From Candidatus Nomurabacteria bacterium (GTDB taxonomy: Bacteria; Patescibacteriota; Minisyncoccia; Phycocordibacterales; UBA9973), in NCBI GenBank assembly GCA_009695015.1, contig SIBT01000001.1:1-39005 (forward strand): 39,005 nucleotides of DNA, written 5' to 3'. Position 1 is the first letter of the stretch. Every line of letters starts with the position of its first letter. Positions 27,510 through 36,825 of this stretch are shown here, piece by piece. The notes below the pieces were generated by a model, which saw nothing but the letters and a program-made list of their open reading frames with translations, did not search any database and was not told the origin of the DNA. The position numbers and the translations under genes are program-made.

Positions 27510-29004
27510 TAAAGTTCTTGATACTTTTACCAAAAAGTCTATAAATAAAATAGATATAAATGACGATTGTGAGTAAAAGTGGAAAATTTGGAATTGAAAA
27601 AGATGTAAAGGGTAAATTTGAGAAAAAACTTATGACACTCAATTCGTAATGCAGAAATAAATAAGAGATAAATCCAAGCGGCACACCAAATCCATACCAA
27701 ATAAGTCCGACGAAACCAGTTAGGAAGCCAAATAGCATAGTAAAAGGAATGAAGGGCAAAATCAAAATATTTGCTGGTAGCGCTACGAGAGAAAGATTGC
27801 CCATCTTATAAAGAATAAAAGGTAAAACGAAAATATAAGCGGAGCAAGTCACAGTCATAATATCCCGCAATTTAAAATAATCCGGCACCCACAAAAAATA
27901 TTTCTCAATTCTGGGCGCCAGAAATATCACGGCAACCGTCGCAATAAAGGAAAGTTGAAAAGAAACATCATAGACAAGTATAAAAGGATTTAATAAAATC
28001 ATCCCAACTCCAGCGAAAATAAGGGCGCGCGCGACATCGTAATTTCTACCAGTTGCGCGAGCCACGAGCACCAAAGTCGCCATTATGCCCGCCCGTATTG
28101 CAGTAGAATTCCCGCCAGTCATCAATATAAAAAACAGGATTGCAAAAATACCCATACCAATACCAAAATTTTTAGGCACATAAGGCACTTGGGAAAATAA
28201 TTTCATTATCCATTCGGCGACGATCGTCACATTGTATCCGGAAAGTGCGACGATATGGATCGTGCCGGTATCGATAAACTTCTGTCGCATTTCATTATCA
28301 AAAGAAGAGCGCTCACCCAGTATCAAACCACCCATTAAAAGCGACTCTGGACGAGAAATTACTAAATTCATTTTATTTAAAAACTTATCTTTGATATAAA
28401 ATAGGGTGTTCTTAATTTTATTACCACCTCCCCGAGAAATTATTTCGATGTCTACATAATTCATCACATAAAAAATCCCATCTTTTCTTAAATAATTTAT
28501 ATAATCAAAATCTTTACCTTGATCGGTTGTGAAATTCCTCGGCTTTTCTAATTTACCGGAAAAATTAACTTCATCGCCGTATTGAAAATACGTGCCAAAA
28601 TCCACAGTCGCTAGAATTTTTGTTTTGGTGGGAGAAGCTCCGACTTCAATAATCAATTTTTGATTATTCTCTCGAATATCGGGCTCGTCGATAATCTTTC
28701 CCAAGAAAGATATTTTATTTCCTACTTGCGATTCGAAAACATAAGGCGCAGGTTTATCCACAACATGAAACCTCAGCATTCCAAGAGAAAAGATTAAAAT
28801 AAAAACACTAAAAATAATCCCCCATTTACTATTAGACTCTGTCGCTCGCGGAGGGCGGGGTCTAATTAAAGTAAAAAATAAAGTTAAAGCAAAACTAACC
28901 ACACCCAACAAAACAGTAAAATAAAAATTTACAAAAATAAAAGACCGCAAAAATACTCCAAAAATAAAACCAAAACAAATTGCATAGAAAATCTTATCAC
29001 GCAT
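27493..29004 (-). CDS. comEC: ComEC/Rec2 DNA uptake channel (DUF4131 + Competence domains, no MBL domain)
   Basis: FDY..YL, GTIHIVALSGYNV, RAGIM, NP...DVSFQLSF.A. Confidence 0.95.
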   Translation of the reverse strand: MRDKIFYAICFGFIFGVFLRSFIFVNFYFTVLLGVVSFALTLFFTLIRPRPPRATESNSKWGIIFSVFILIFSLGMLRFHVVDKPAPYVFESQVGNKISFLGKIIDEPDIRENNQKLIIEVGASPTKTKILATVDFGTYFQYGDEVNFSGKLEKPRNFTTDQGKDFDYINYLRKDGIFYVMNYVDIEIISRGGGNKIKNTLFYIKDKFLNKMNLVISRPESLLMGGLILGERSSFDNEMRQKFIDTGTIHIVALSGYNVTIVAEWIMKLFSQVPYVPKNFGIGMGIFAILFFILMTGGNSTAIRAGIMATLVLVARATGRNYDVARALIFAGVGMILLNPFILVYDVSFQLSFIATVAVIFLAPRIEKYFLWVPDYFKLRDIMTVTCSAYIFVLPFILYKMGNLSLVALPANILILPFIPFTMLFGFLTGFVGLIWYGFGVPLGFISYLFLHYELSVISFFSNLPFTSFSIPNFPLLLTIVIYIYFIYRLFGKSIKNFIIEPF

Positions 29005-29026
29005 TTAGAAAGTATACCAAAAAAAA

Positions 29027-29515
29027 TTATTTATTTTTAAGTTCTACTCCCACACCCTCTGCAAAACTTGTGGCTATTAGATCCGCTCTGTCGTTGTACC
29101 TGTCTTCATTGTGTCCTTTTACATAGGTCCATTTAGGTTTCAACTCTTCTGTAAGTTTGTATAACTCCTCCCAAAGTTCGCGATTCAAAACCGGTTTTTT
29201 GTTCGCATTTCGCCAATTATTTTTCTGCCAATTAAAAATCCATTCCGTAATCCCTAAAATCACATATTTCGAATCAGAAATAATTTCTATATCTCCAGCA
29301 AGGACTACCCCTGCTGGAATTACTGGAAGTTTTTTTAAATACTTCAACGCTTCTATCGGCGCAGTGAGTTCCATTTGATTATTCGTCGCGTGATTTACTC
29401 CACCGCCAATCTCAAAAACTTTCTTATCAATAATAAAAACAGCACCAAAGCCAGCCCGTCCAGGATTCCCCTTCGCCGCCCCGTCGGTGTAGATAGTTAT
29501 TGTATCTTTTTGCAT
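29027..29515 (-). CDS. rnhA: Ribonuclease HI
   Basis: IYTDGA.KGNPG, TNNQMEL, SDSKYV, VKGH, NDRAD. Confidence 0.96.
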   Translation of the reverse strand: MQKDTITIYTDGAAKGNPGRAGFGAVFIIDKKVFEIGGGVNHATNNQMELTAPIEALKYLKKLPVIPAGVVLAGDIEIISDSKYVILGITEWIFNWQKNNWRNANKKPVLNRELWEELYKLTEELKPKWTYVKGHNEDRYNDRADLIATSFAEGVGVELKNK

Positions 29516-29537
29516 AGGCTTTATTTTATCATTAGTT

Positions 29538-31202
29538 TTAACTAATATCCTCTATTCGCAATCGGAGTTCTTCCCGACCCCTAAATCTAGATAGATCAAA
29601 CGTGGCTAATAAGTTTACGTTCATTCCTTCAGACAAAGTATTTTTAAAAGAGTCAACGCCAGAAAAAAAAGAAATAGCCACTACTTTATTCTTACCATTA
29701 GAAAAAATAATTTCCAAATGTTCGCCAGAGCCATTCTTGCCAAACTTTTTTATTTTTTCTATCTTTACACCTTCAAATAAAAAAACTGGTTTTGGATTAC
29801 CAAATCCAAAAGGCTCGAGCTTACTTATTTCACGCCAAGAATTCATTTTTACATCATCTAAAGATGATTTCACGTCATATTTTTTTTCCTCTAAACTAGT
29901 CTCAGTTTTCCTTTTTACTTTATTAAAAGTCGCAGAAAGTGCCTCTTCCAAGAAGTGTATTTTCTCAGAATGAACAGTAAACCCTCCAGCGAGCTCATGA
30001 CCACCAAAATTTATAAACGATTCACTCGTCGCCGTCATGAGCTCTACCACCGACACCGATCCATCACTACGACAAGAACCTTTAATACAATCATTTTCGT
30101 CTTTACCCCAAACAAAAACAGGCCTTTGGTGTGTATCACATATCTTGCCGGCCACGAGCCCTAAGATCCCGACACGCCAATTTGGATTTCCTATTACTAT
30201 AACTTCATTCATTACCTTGTCTTCAAATCTTTTATTAACTTCACGCATAATATTCGTCACAATTGTTTTTCTCTCATCATTTATTTTTGATAAATGATCT
30301 GCAAGCATTCCTGCCTCTACAATATCCTCTGTGGCGAGTAGTTCAAAAGCTCTCATCGGATCATCCATTCGAGATGCAGCATTCAACCTGGGTGTCACCA
30401 TAAAACCAATATCGTCCGAAGATAGATATCTCTGATCAATATTCATTTTGGCTAAAAGTTTCTGTAAACCTGGACGAGGGGATTTTTTCAACACTTTCAT
30501 TCCATAATATGCAATAGCTCTATTCTCTCCAGTTAGCGGAACCATATCCGAAAATGTGGCGAGGCCTGCCATATCGAGCATCCATTTTTCTGCGCCGATT
30601 CTCACTTTGAAATTCTTGTTCTCTTTGCCATATTTTTTGAGAAATCCTTGCGCAAATTTGAAAACAACGCCCGCTCCACATAACATTTTTTCTGGGTACG
30701 CATCTACTTTCGGATTTAAAATTGCATAAGCTCGTGGTAAAGTTTCTTGAGGTAAATGGTGATCTGTAATTATCACATCGATGTCATCCACTTCCGCTTG
30801 CGCTACTTCCACGACCGCTGTAATACCAAGGTCGACAGTAATTAGAAGTTTTACCCCAGACTTAGCAAAAATCTTTATCGCTTCTAAATTGAGCCCATAT
30901 CCTTCACTATTTCTCTGAGGTATATAAATTTCATAGTTTTTATATCCAACTAATTTAAATAAGTCATTTAAAATTACGGCGCCTGGAATCCCATCGCAAT
31001 CGTAATCCGCATAAATTACTATTTTTTCGCCTGCTTCTATCGCCTCATATAGACGAACACAAGCCTTTTCCATATCTTTCATTAAAAAAGGGTCGTGAAA
31101 ATCACGCTCGTAATCTGGACTCAAAAAAATCTCGGCTTGTGCCCCATCAATAATTCCTCTCTTTTCTAAAAGTACTCGCAGTAATTCTCCATATTTTTGC
31201 AT
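29538..31202 (-). CDS. recJ: Single-stranded DNA exonuclease RecJ
   Basis: DYDCDG, ITDHH, SDMVPL.GENR, PRLNAASR, GSCRS, GGH..AGG. Start set at ATG 31202. Confidence 0.96.
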   Translation of the reverse strand: MQKYGELLRVLLEKRGIIDGAQAEIFLSPDYERDFHDPFLMKDMEKACVRLYEAIEAGEKIVIYADYDCDGIPGAVILNDLFKLVGYKNYEIYIPQRNSEGYGLNLEAIKIFAKSGVKLLITVDLGITAVVEVAQAEVDDIDVIITDHHLPQETLPRAYAILNPKVDAYPEKMLCGAGVVFKFAQGFLKKYGKENKNFKVRIGAEKWMLDMAGLATFSDMVPLTGENRAIAYYGMKVLKKSPRPGLQKLLAKMNIDQRYLSSDDIGFMVTPRLNAASRMDDPMRAFELLATEDIVEAGMLADHLSKINDERKTIVTNIMREVNKRFEDKVMNEVIVIGNPNWRVGILGLVAGKICDTHQRPVFVWGKDENDCIKGSCRSDGSVSVVELMTATSESFINFGGHELAGGFTVHSEKIHFLEEALSATFNKVKRKTETSLEEKKYDVKSSLDDVKMNSWREISKLEPFGFGNPKPVFLFEGVKIEKIKKFGKNGSGEHLEIIFSNGKNKVVAISFFSGVDSFKNTLSEGMNVNLLATFDLSRFRGREELRLRIEDIS

Positions 31203-31230
31203 AAGTCGAATTTTAGCATATAATACAAAG

Positions 31231-31623
31231 ATGAACGACTGTGTGTTTTGTAAAATTATAAAAGGAGAACTGCCATCAAGTAAAATATATGAAGATGCTG
31301 ATTTTTTATCATTCTTAACTAAAGGACCAGTATCAGACGGACATCTTTTAATCGTCCCCAAAAAACACACAGTTTGGATGCAAGATGTTGATGATGAGAC
31401 AATATCAAAAATTTTCAAACTCACAAAAAAACTTATGCTGGCAGTTAAAAAAGGAATGGGTTGCGATTATGTGCAAGTCTCTGTAGTTGGCAAAGATGTT
31501 CCACATTTTCACATACATTTAATACCAAGATATCTCAATAATAACTTACCTGAATTTCCTACAAAAGAATACAAAGACGGTGAAAGAGAACTAGTGGTAA
31601 ATAAAATCACTCAAGCGCTTTGA
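31231..31623 (+). CDS. HIT family nucleotide hydrolase
   Basis: CVFCKII, GHLLIVPKKH, HFHIHLIPR. Confidence 0.95.
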   Translation: MNDCVFCKIIKGELPSSKIYEDADFLSFLTKGPVSDGHLLIVPKKHTVWMQDVDDETISKIFKLTKKLMLAVKKGMGCDYVQVSVVGKDVPHFHIHLIPRYLNNNLPEFPTKEYKDGERELVVNKITQAL

Positions 31624-32740
31624 TTCCAGGCAGAGTGCCACTCGAGAGGAATTCGAGCGTCGCTCCTCCTCCTGTAGATATGAAAGAAAACTTTTTTTCC
31701 ATTTTTATTTCGGAGATCAACGCCACCGTGTCTCCCCCGCCGATAATACTTTCGGCTTTTGAAGCAGCTACTAATTTTAATACTTCTTTAGTAGACTTTT
31801 CCCCACCATCTTCATATTTGCCGAGTGGCCCATTCCATAAGATAAATTTTGATTTTTTGATAAGTTGCGTCAAATTTTCTACCGTTTCATCCCCAATATC
31901 CAAAATATTTTCATCTTTGCCAACTTCAGTTACCTTTTTAGTAATTAACTTATCTTGAGACTTTACTACAACATCAACTGGTAAAATTAATTTACCACCA
32001 CCGCGGGCAGGTTTATTTTTCAATATTTTTGCAATGCCGTAATTAGTTTCGTCGACTAAAGATTCCCCCACACTATATCCTTTCGCTTTTAGAAAATCAT
32101 TCGCCAATGCTCCACCGATAAAAACTTGATCAGCTAATTTCAAATATTTTTTTATTAAAGGCATTTTGGTAGAAAACTTTGCGCCACCTAAAATAAAAAG
32201 AAAGGGGTGTTTAGGTTTTTTAAAAGCACGAGATAAATTCTTTACTTCCTCGAATAATTGAAGTCCGGCATAAGATGGTAATAGTTTTGGCAACAAGACA
32301 ATGGATGCATCTGCCCTGTGAGATACTGGAAAAGCTTCATTTACATATATATCAGCTAATTTCGCTAGATTCATGGCGAAAATTTCATTACATTCTTGTT
32401 CTCCTCTATCATTTCTCAAATTTTGAAGTAAAACCACTTCACTATTTTTCATATTTGAAACAATATCGCGGACTTCTTGACCAATGATCTCTTCTACAAA
32501 TTTTACTTTTATATATTTATTTAAAACTTTGGCAACCGGAAGAAGTGTATCTCCTCCTTTACCTAGATGTGTAATTAAAATTAATTTCGCACCTTTTTTC
32601 TGCAAAAATTCAAGGGTCGGCAATGCTTTTTTTATTCGAAAATCATCTTCGACTTTTCCATCTTTAATAGGCAAATTAAAATCTACTCTAATAAGCACAT
32701 TTTTACCTTCAATATTTTTTATTGACTTAATGCTTCGCAT
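31607..32740 (-). CDS. pgk: Phosphoglycerate kinase
   Basis: RVDFNLP, THLG, NLR, ILGGAK, WNGPLG, GGGDT, STGGGA. Confidence 0.96.
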   Translation of the reverse strand: MRSIKSIKNIEGKNVLIRVDFNLPIKDGKVEDDFRIKKALPTLEFLQKKGAKLILITHLGKGGDTLLPVAKVLNKYIKVKFVEEIIGQEVRDIVSNMKNSEVVLLQNLRNDRGEQECNEIFAMNLAKLADIYVNEAFPVSHRADASIVLLPKLLPSYAGLQLFEEVKNLSRAFKKPKHPFLFILGGAKFSTKMPLIKKYLKLADQVFIGGALANDFLKAKGYSVGESLVDETNYGIAKILKNKPARGGGKLILPVDVVVKSQDKLITKKVTEVGKDENILDIGDETVENLTQLIKKSKFILWNGPLGKYEDGGEKSTKEVLKLVAASKAESIIGGGDTVALISEIKMEKKFSFISTGGGATLEFLSSGTLPGIKALE

Positions 32741-33495
32741 ATTTTTATGATCTCCATAAATTTTACAGCATCCAAACTCACCCGACCGACGAGCACTCCT
32801 TCTACTCCGCCGTCCTTCAAAAAATCTTGCACATTTTTTTCATTTACATCTCCTCCGTAGATGATTCTTGGAATTTTTATTTTCACACCAAATTTATCAA
32901 CCAGAATCTTTTTGATAAAAAGAGACATCTCTTCACAATCGGCTGGAGTGGCGTCTTTATGGTTTGGAGTACTAGAAATGGCCCAGATTGGTTCATAGGC
33001 AATGATAATTTTTGAAATTAAATCTTTTTTTACTCCATCTAGACATTCTTCCAGTTGGGTTTTCACTAAATTAAAATAGCTATGACTTTCGTCACGAACG
33101 GTCTCCCCTACGCAGAGTATTGGAACAAGCCCCGCTGAAAGGGATGCTTTGATTTTTTTATTTATATCCAGACCTGTTTCCCCTAATTCTCGCCTTTTAG
33201 AATGTCCCACAATCACATATTTTATTCCTAGGTCCTCGAGCATCGAAGCTGAAATTTCCCCCGTGTAAGGCCCAGCTTCTTCATAAAACACATTTTGAGC
33301 ACCTAGAGATATTTTTTTAGTCCGCCGGCTGGCGGATCGCAATTTCTCTAAATACAAAAATGGTGGACAGATTACAATCTCTGTTTTTTGAACTCCGAAA
33401 ATAGACTTTGTTATATCGACAAACAACTTTTCAGCTTCTTTTTGGGTACTTGGATTCATTTTCCAATTCCCTATAATAATTTTATTCTTTGACAT
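32719..33495 (-). CDS. tpiA: Triosephosphate isomerase (divergent)
   Basis: GNWKMN, GAQN, GPYTGE, GHS.RR, AYEPIWAI, YGG.V. Confidence 0.93.
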   Translation of the reverse strand: MSKNKIIIGNWKMNPSTQKEAEKLFVDITKSIFGVQKTEIVICPPFLYLEKLRSASRRTKKISLGAQNVFYEEAGPYTGEISASMLEDLGIKYVIVGHSKRRELGETGLDINKKIKASLSAGLVPILCVGETVRDESHSYFNLVKTQLEECLDGVKKDLISKIIIAYEPIWAISSTPNHKDATPADCEEMSLFIKKILVDKFGVKIKIPRIIYGGDVNEKNVQDFLKDGGVEGVLVGRVSLDAVKFMEIIKICEALSQ

Positions 33496-33527
33496 GAGAT
33501 GATTCTAGCATATCTATTTATTTTAAA

Positions 33528-35288
33528 TTACTGCGTTTCTCCCCAGCCATCAAGACGCCAAGCACCAGAAGGACCTCCAATAAAATTCTTACTAATCAGC
33601 CCACTATCATAGATAAGTGTTGAACTATTTGACATAATTATAGTCTTCGCAATAGCTTCTTTTACACTAGCAGTATTAGAAAATAGGATTGTGCCATAAG
33701 GAGCAGCAAGAATAACCGTACCTGCACTATTGGCAATATTTATTGCTGAAGATGAAGTAGAAGTAGTAAGTACCATAATATAACTTCCAGAAGTTGAAGA
33801 ACCACTAAATGAAGCGGAATTGGCGGTAGATATCGTTCCATCGCTAATAATCACCCCACTTGCTGATCCATAAGAATTTGAAAGTTTAAGTTGAGAACTG
33901 TTTGATAAACTAATATTTCCAGTAACCCAAAGCGTACCTGAGACAGTTAATACAGCATTATTACTAAGAATTAAGTTACCATTAATCTTTTTTGGGCCAA
34001 CAATAAGAGTGCTATTATTCGATAAATTTATTTCGCCTTGTGTTCCCCCCGCAACAGCTTCATCTTTCCATGTCTGAATTTGTGAATCAGAAATAGGGAA
34101 ATTTAATGGGGCTGGATCCCCTTGAGAAACATTACAACTTTTATTATTTCCACTGCCAGTCTGGCAATATAAATTACCAGCAATAGTTGAATTGTTCACA
34201 GTATGAGCCGAAGCATTACCAATACCGAATTGACCTATAATCATACCGCTGATAGTAGAATTGACACCCCCAAGATAAATTTTAAAAAAAGCATCGAGCC
34301 CTGAGGGGTTAGTGTTATTCCATGTGGTTGTTCCATATTGTCCCAATTTAGCCAAACCGCTTACATATTGAGCATTATTTGCTCCCAAAATATAATAATT
34401 AGAAGCATTAACACTTGCATCTAAAACTAGCCAATAAGTAGTATTAGTAGCGAGAGTAACATTAGGCGACAAAACAATATTCACCCAACCGTAAGAAGTG
34501 GCAACATTAGATGCCGAAAGTGTTCCGGTAGCAAGAGAGGTGTTTGCAGGCTTCCCGCTTGAATCTGCAGTTATCCTTACATTTACATCGCTTGGTCCTC
34601 CAACTTTTTTAATATATACAGAAACCTGGGTAGCAATATCAGAAGTAGCAACAATAAAACTTTGGGCAACATCTTGTGTATTAACAGCAGTACCAAATTG
34701 TATTACATCTGTTGGGGTTCCAGTGTCATTAATTTGATCAATAATCTCTGCCGTGCGATCAGCCGCTATTGCTGTACCTGTTATCTTAGCACTATTTGAA
34801 CCTACAATATCGCCATTAACATATACACTACCATTTATTGTAGCAGTATTAGACATAATCAATCCACCATTTCCTACCTGCATACCATAAGTGAAAGAAA
34901 GCCCTACACCAGTTGAGAGTTTGATATTGGTTTTTCTTTGATAGCTAGACACATCACCCAAAGTGGTGATCTGTTTATATCCCTCAGAAATGGTTGTAAT
35001 ATTTGTTGTCGCTAAACTTGAATCAAGATTGAGGGTTTCACTTCCATCTATAGTTAGATTATTTTTTATTCGGTACATCGCATCTTCACTGCCTGACTCA
35101 GCTAAAAAATAAGATTTCTTAGAATCTAGATTCAGGTTAGCATTTTTGAATTCACGCACTGTCGGACCCACCAATCCAGCTATTATGGCTAAGGAAATAA
35201 ACAAAAAAAAGATAACGGAAATCAACATCGCTGAACCAGATTGAGAGTTAATTTTTATTTTTATGTGTTTTGATGTCTTAATTTCCAT
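33528..35288 (-). CDS. PilX-like minor pilin with large Ser/Thr/Asn-rich beta domains
   Basis: Class III signal QSG|SAMLI lacking E5, SYFLAESG.EDA, long extracellular beta-rich region. Confidence 0.8.
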   Translation of the reverse strand: MEIKTSKHIKIKINSQSGSAMLISVIFFLFISLAIIAGLVGPTVREFKNANLNLDSKKSYFLAESGSEDAMYRIKNNLTIDGSETLNLDSSLATTNITTISEGYKQITTLGDVSSYQRKTNIKLSTGVGLSFTYGMQVGNGGLIMSNTATINGSVYVNGDIVGSNSAKITGTAIAADRTAEIIDQINDTGTPTDVIQFGTAVNTQDVAQSFIVATSDIATQVSVYIKKVGGPSDVNVRITADSSGKPANTSLATGTLSASNVATSYGWVNIVLSPNVTLATNTTYWLVLDASVNASNYYILGANNAQYVSGLAKLGQYGTTTWNNTNPSGLDAFFKIYLGGVNSTISGMIIGQFGIGNASAHTVNNSTIAGNLYCQTGSGNNKSCNVSQGDPAPLNFPISDSQIQTWKDEAVAGGTQGEINLSNNSTLIVGPKKINGNLILSNNAVLTVSGTLWVTGNISLSNSSQLKLSNSYGSASGVIISDGTISTANSASFSGSSTSGSYIMVLTTSTSSSAINIANSAGTVILAAPYGTILFSNTASVKEAIAKTIIMSNSSTLIYDSGLISKNFIGGPSGAWRLDGWGETQ

Positions 35289-35323
35289 TTTTGCAATATA
35301 TAATTAATAATTCTTAATCAACT

Positions 35324-35815
35324 TTAATAGCTACCTCGCAATACAATTGTATTATAAAAATTAACAGTTCGATTCAATGCATCATTTTTTGACCTGACTG
35401 TTAATAACATTTTAACAGCTTTTCCTTTTACTGTAGTCATCGGTGTAAAAGATAAAGTAGTTACAACTATGTTTGGTGTATTTAAATTTCCAACCAAGAC
35501 ACCATTTTCTAAGTAATTGATATCTGTGCCAGAAAGTACAAATTCGATAGTTCTATTCGGATCAGCAGCCCCCATAGTTGCACTTGGATCATCAGAGCTC
35601 AAATCATAAGACCCTCTGATTTCTCTAGACATTCTTTCCATAATCGATCCACTTCGCAATAATTCAGCTTGTATCATAGTCTCTCTAAATGCATGGGTCA
35701 TAATGATCATCGAATTGATCACAACTAGAGACAAAACAGCGAAAAAAGAAATATAAAAAAGAAGTTCCAAAATTACATAACCATTCTTTTTATTTTTTAT
35801 ATAAATTTTATTCAC
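35324..35815 (-). CDS. PilW/GspJ-like minor pilin
   Basis: KNG|YVILELL prepilin motif, RMSREIR. Start inferred at GTG 35815. Confidence 0.8.
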   Translation of the reverse strand: MNKIYIKNKKNGYVILELLFYISFFAVLSLVVINSMIIMTHAFRETMIQAELLRSGSIMERMSREIRGSYDLSSDDPSATMGAADPNRTIEFVLSGTDINYLENGVLVGNLNTPNIVVTTLSFTPMTTVKGKAVKMLLTVRSKNDALNRTVNFYNTIVLRGSY

Positions 35816-35822
35816 GATTAAT

Positions 35823-36299
35823 TTATGAAAAAATGTCAATAATATAAAACTGCAAAGTCTTGGTGACTGTGGTACCACCTTCCGACCAAAAAACTGTAAC
35901 AGTGACTAATTTAGTTTGAGGATCATCTACTCCAGCAGAAGATATATCTTTTGTTGTATTGTCACGATTTACATTTGCTATAGTTATTGTACGTGTAAAA
36001 ATTCCGGAAGTATTAGCTACAGCAGACAATGTCCAAATACCCCCTGAAAAAATAGGATAATAATTTACACCAAGAGTCAAACTAGAAATGTTGCTCCATG
36101 CATTATCGCGCACTATACGCACCGCTTCTGCGCCTTCTTCCAACAAGAAAGCAGCTTGACTTGTATGAAAAGCTTGGCGAGAAACAAAAATAGATTTTTG
36201 GGCAACTGCCGTCGCAGTCAAAACTGAAACAGTAATAATAGACGCCGCTACTAGTATTTCAACTGCCATGAATCCTCCGTTTTTAAAAATTTTTTTCAT
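35823..36299 (-). CDS. PilV-like minor pilin
   Basis: GG|FMAVEILVA prepilin motif, EG.EAVR, K.VTVTV.W. Confidence 0.85.
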   Translation of the reverse strand: MKKIFKNGGFMAVEILVAASIITVSVLTATAVAQKSIFVSRQAFHTSQAAFLLEEGAEAVRIVRDNAWSNISSLTLGVNYYPIFSGGIWTLSAVANTSGIFTRTITIANVNRDNTTKDISSAGVDDPQTKLVTVTVFWSEGGTTVTKTLQFYIIDIFS

Positions 36300-36318
36300 A
36301 GCTCTATCTAATCACCAC

Positions 36319-36786
36319 TTAATTTACACTCATGGCGCCTGTTGCAGAAATTGTAATAATTTTCACATAATTTGTAGTGGAAAGAGTTATCGTGCCAGTA
36401 GTATTCGGAATTCCAGAAAGACGATTGAAATACACATCACCCGAAATCCCACTCACGCCACCAAAAGTAATATTTGAAATAATAGCTCCAGCAGTGATGC
36501 CCATGATTTCGTTATCTGACGCACCGACAGAAAAAGCTATACCTTTAAAGATTATAACTTGATCAGATTGAAAATGCACTCCGTAAGAAGAAGAATTCAC
36601 TGATGCTAAGGTTTGCGAGTGTGCTTTATTTAAACTAGATAAAATATCACCTACAGTACTTTTAAGCACTTGGAGTTCTCTTGTTTTGGAAAATTGTGGG
36701 ATGACAACTGCAAATATAATACCGAGCACCACAACAACAATTAACAATTCTACCGCGCTAATCCCTTTTTGGTAAGAATGTTTCAT
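36319..36786 (-). CDS. FimT/GspH-like minor pilin
   Basis: KG|ISAVELLIV prepilin motif, YGVHF, F.RLSG. Confidence 0.85.
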   Translation of the reverse strand: MKHSYQKGISAVELLIVVVVLGIIFAVVIPQFSKTRELQVLKSTVGDILSSLNKAHSQTLASVNSSSYGVHFQSDQVIIFKGIAFSVGASDNEIMGITAGAIISNITFGGVSGISGDVYFNRLSGIPNTTGTITLSTTNYVKIITISATGAMSVN

Positions 36787-36825
36787 AATTTCATTATATC
36801 ACTTTTAATTACGAAACTCATGAAA

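Noticed and set aside
31203..31424. N-terminal 74-aa extension of recJ in the ORF track
   Set aside because: It is the antisense of the HIT gene; a -10 box sits 7 nt before ATG 31202.
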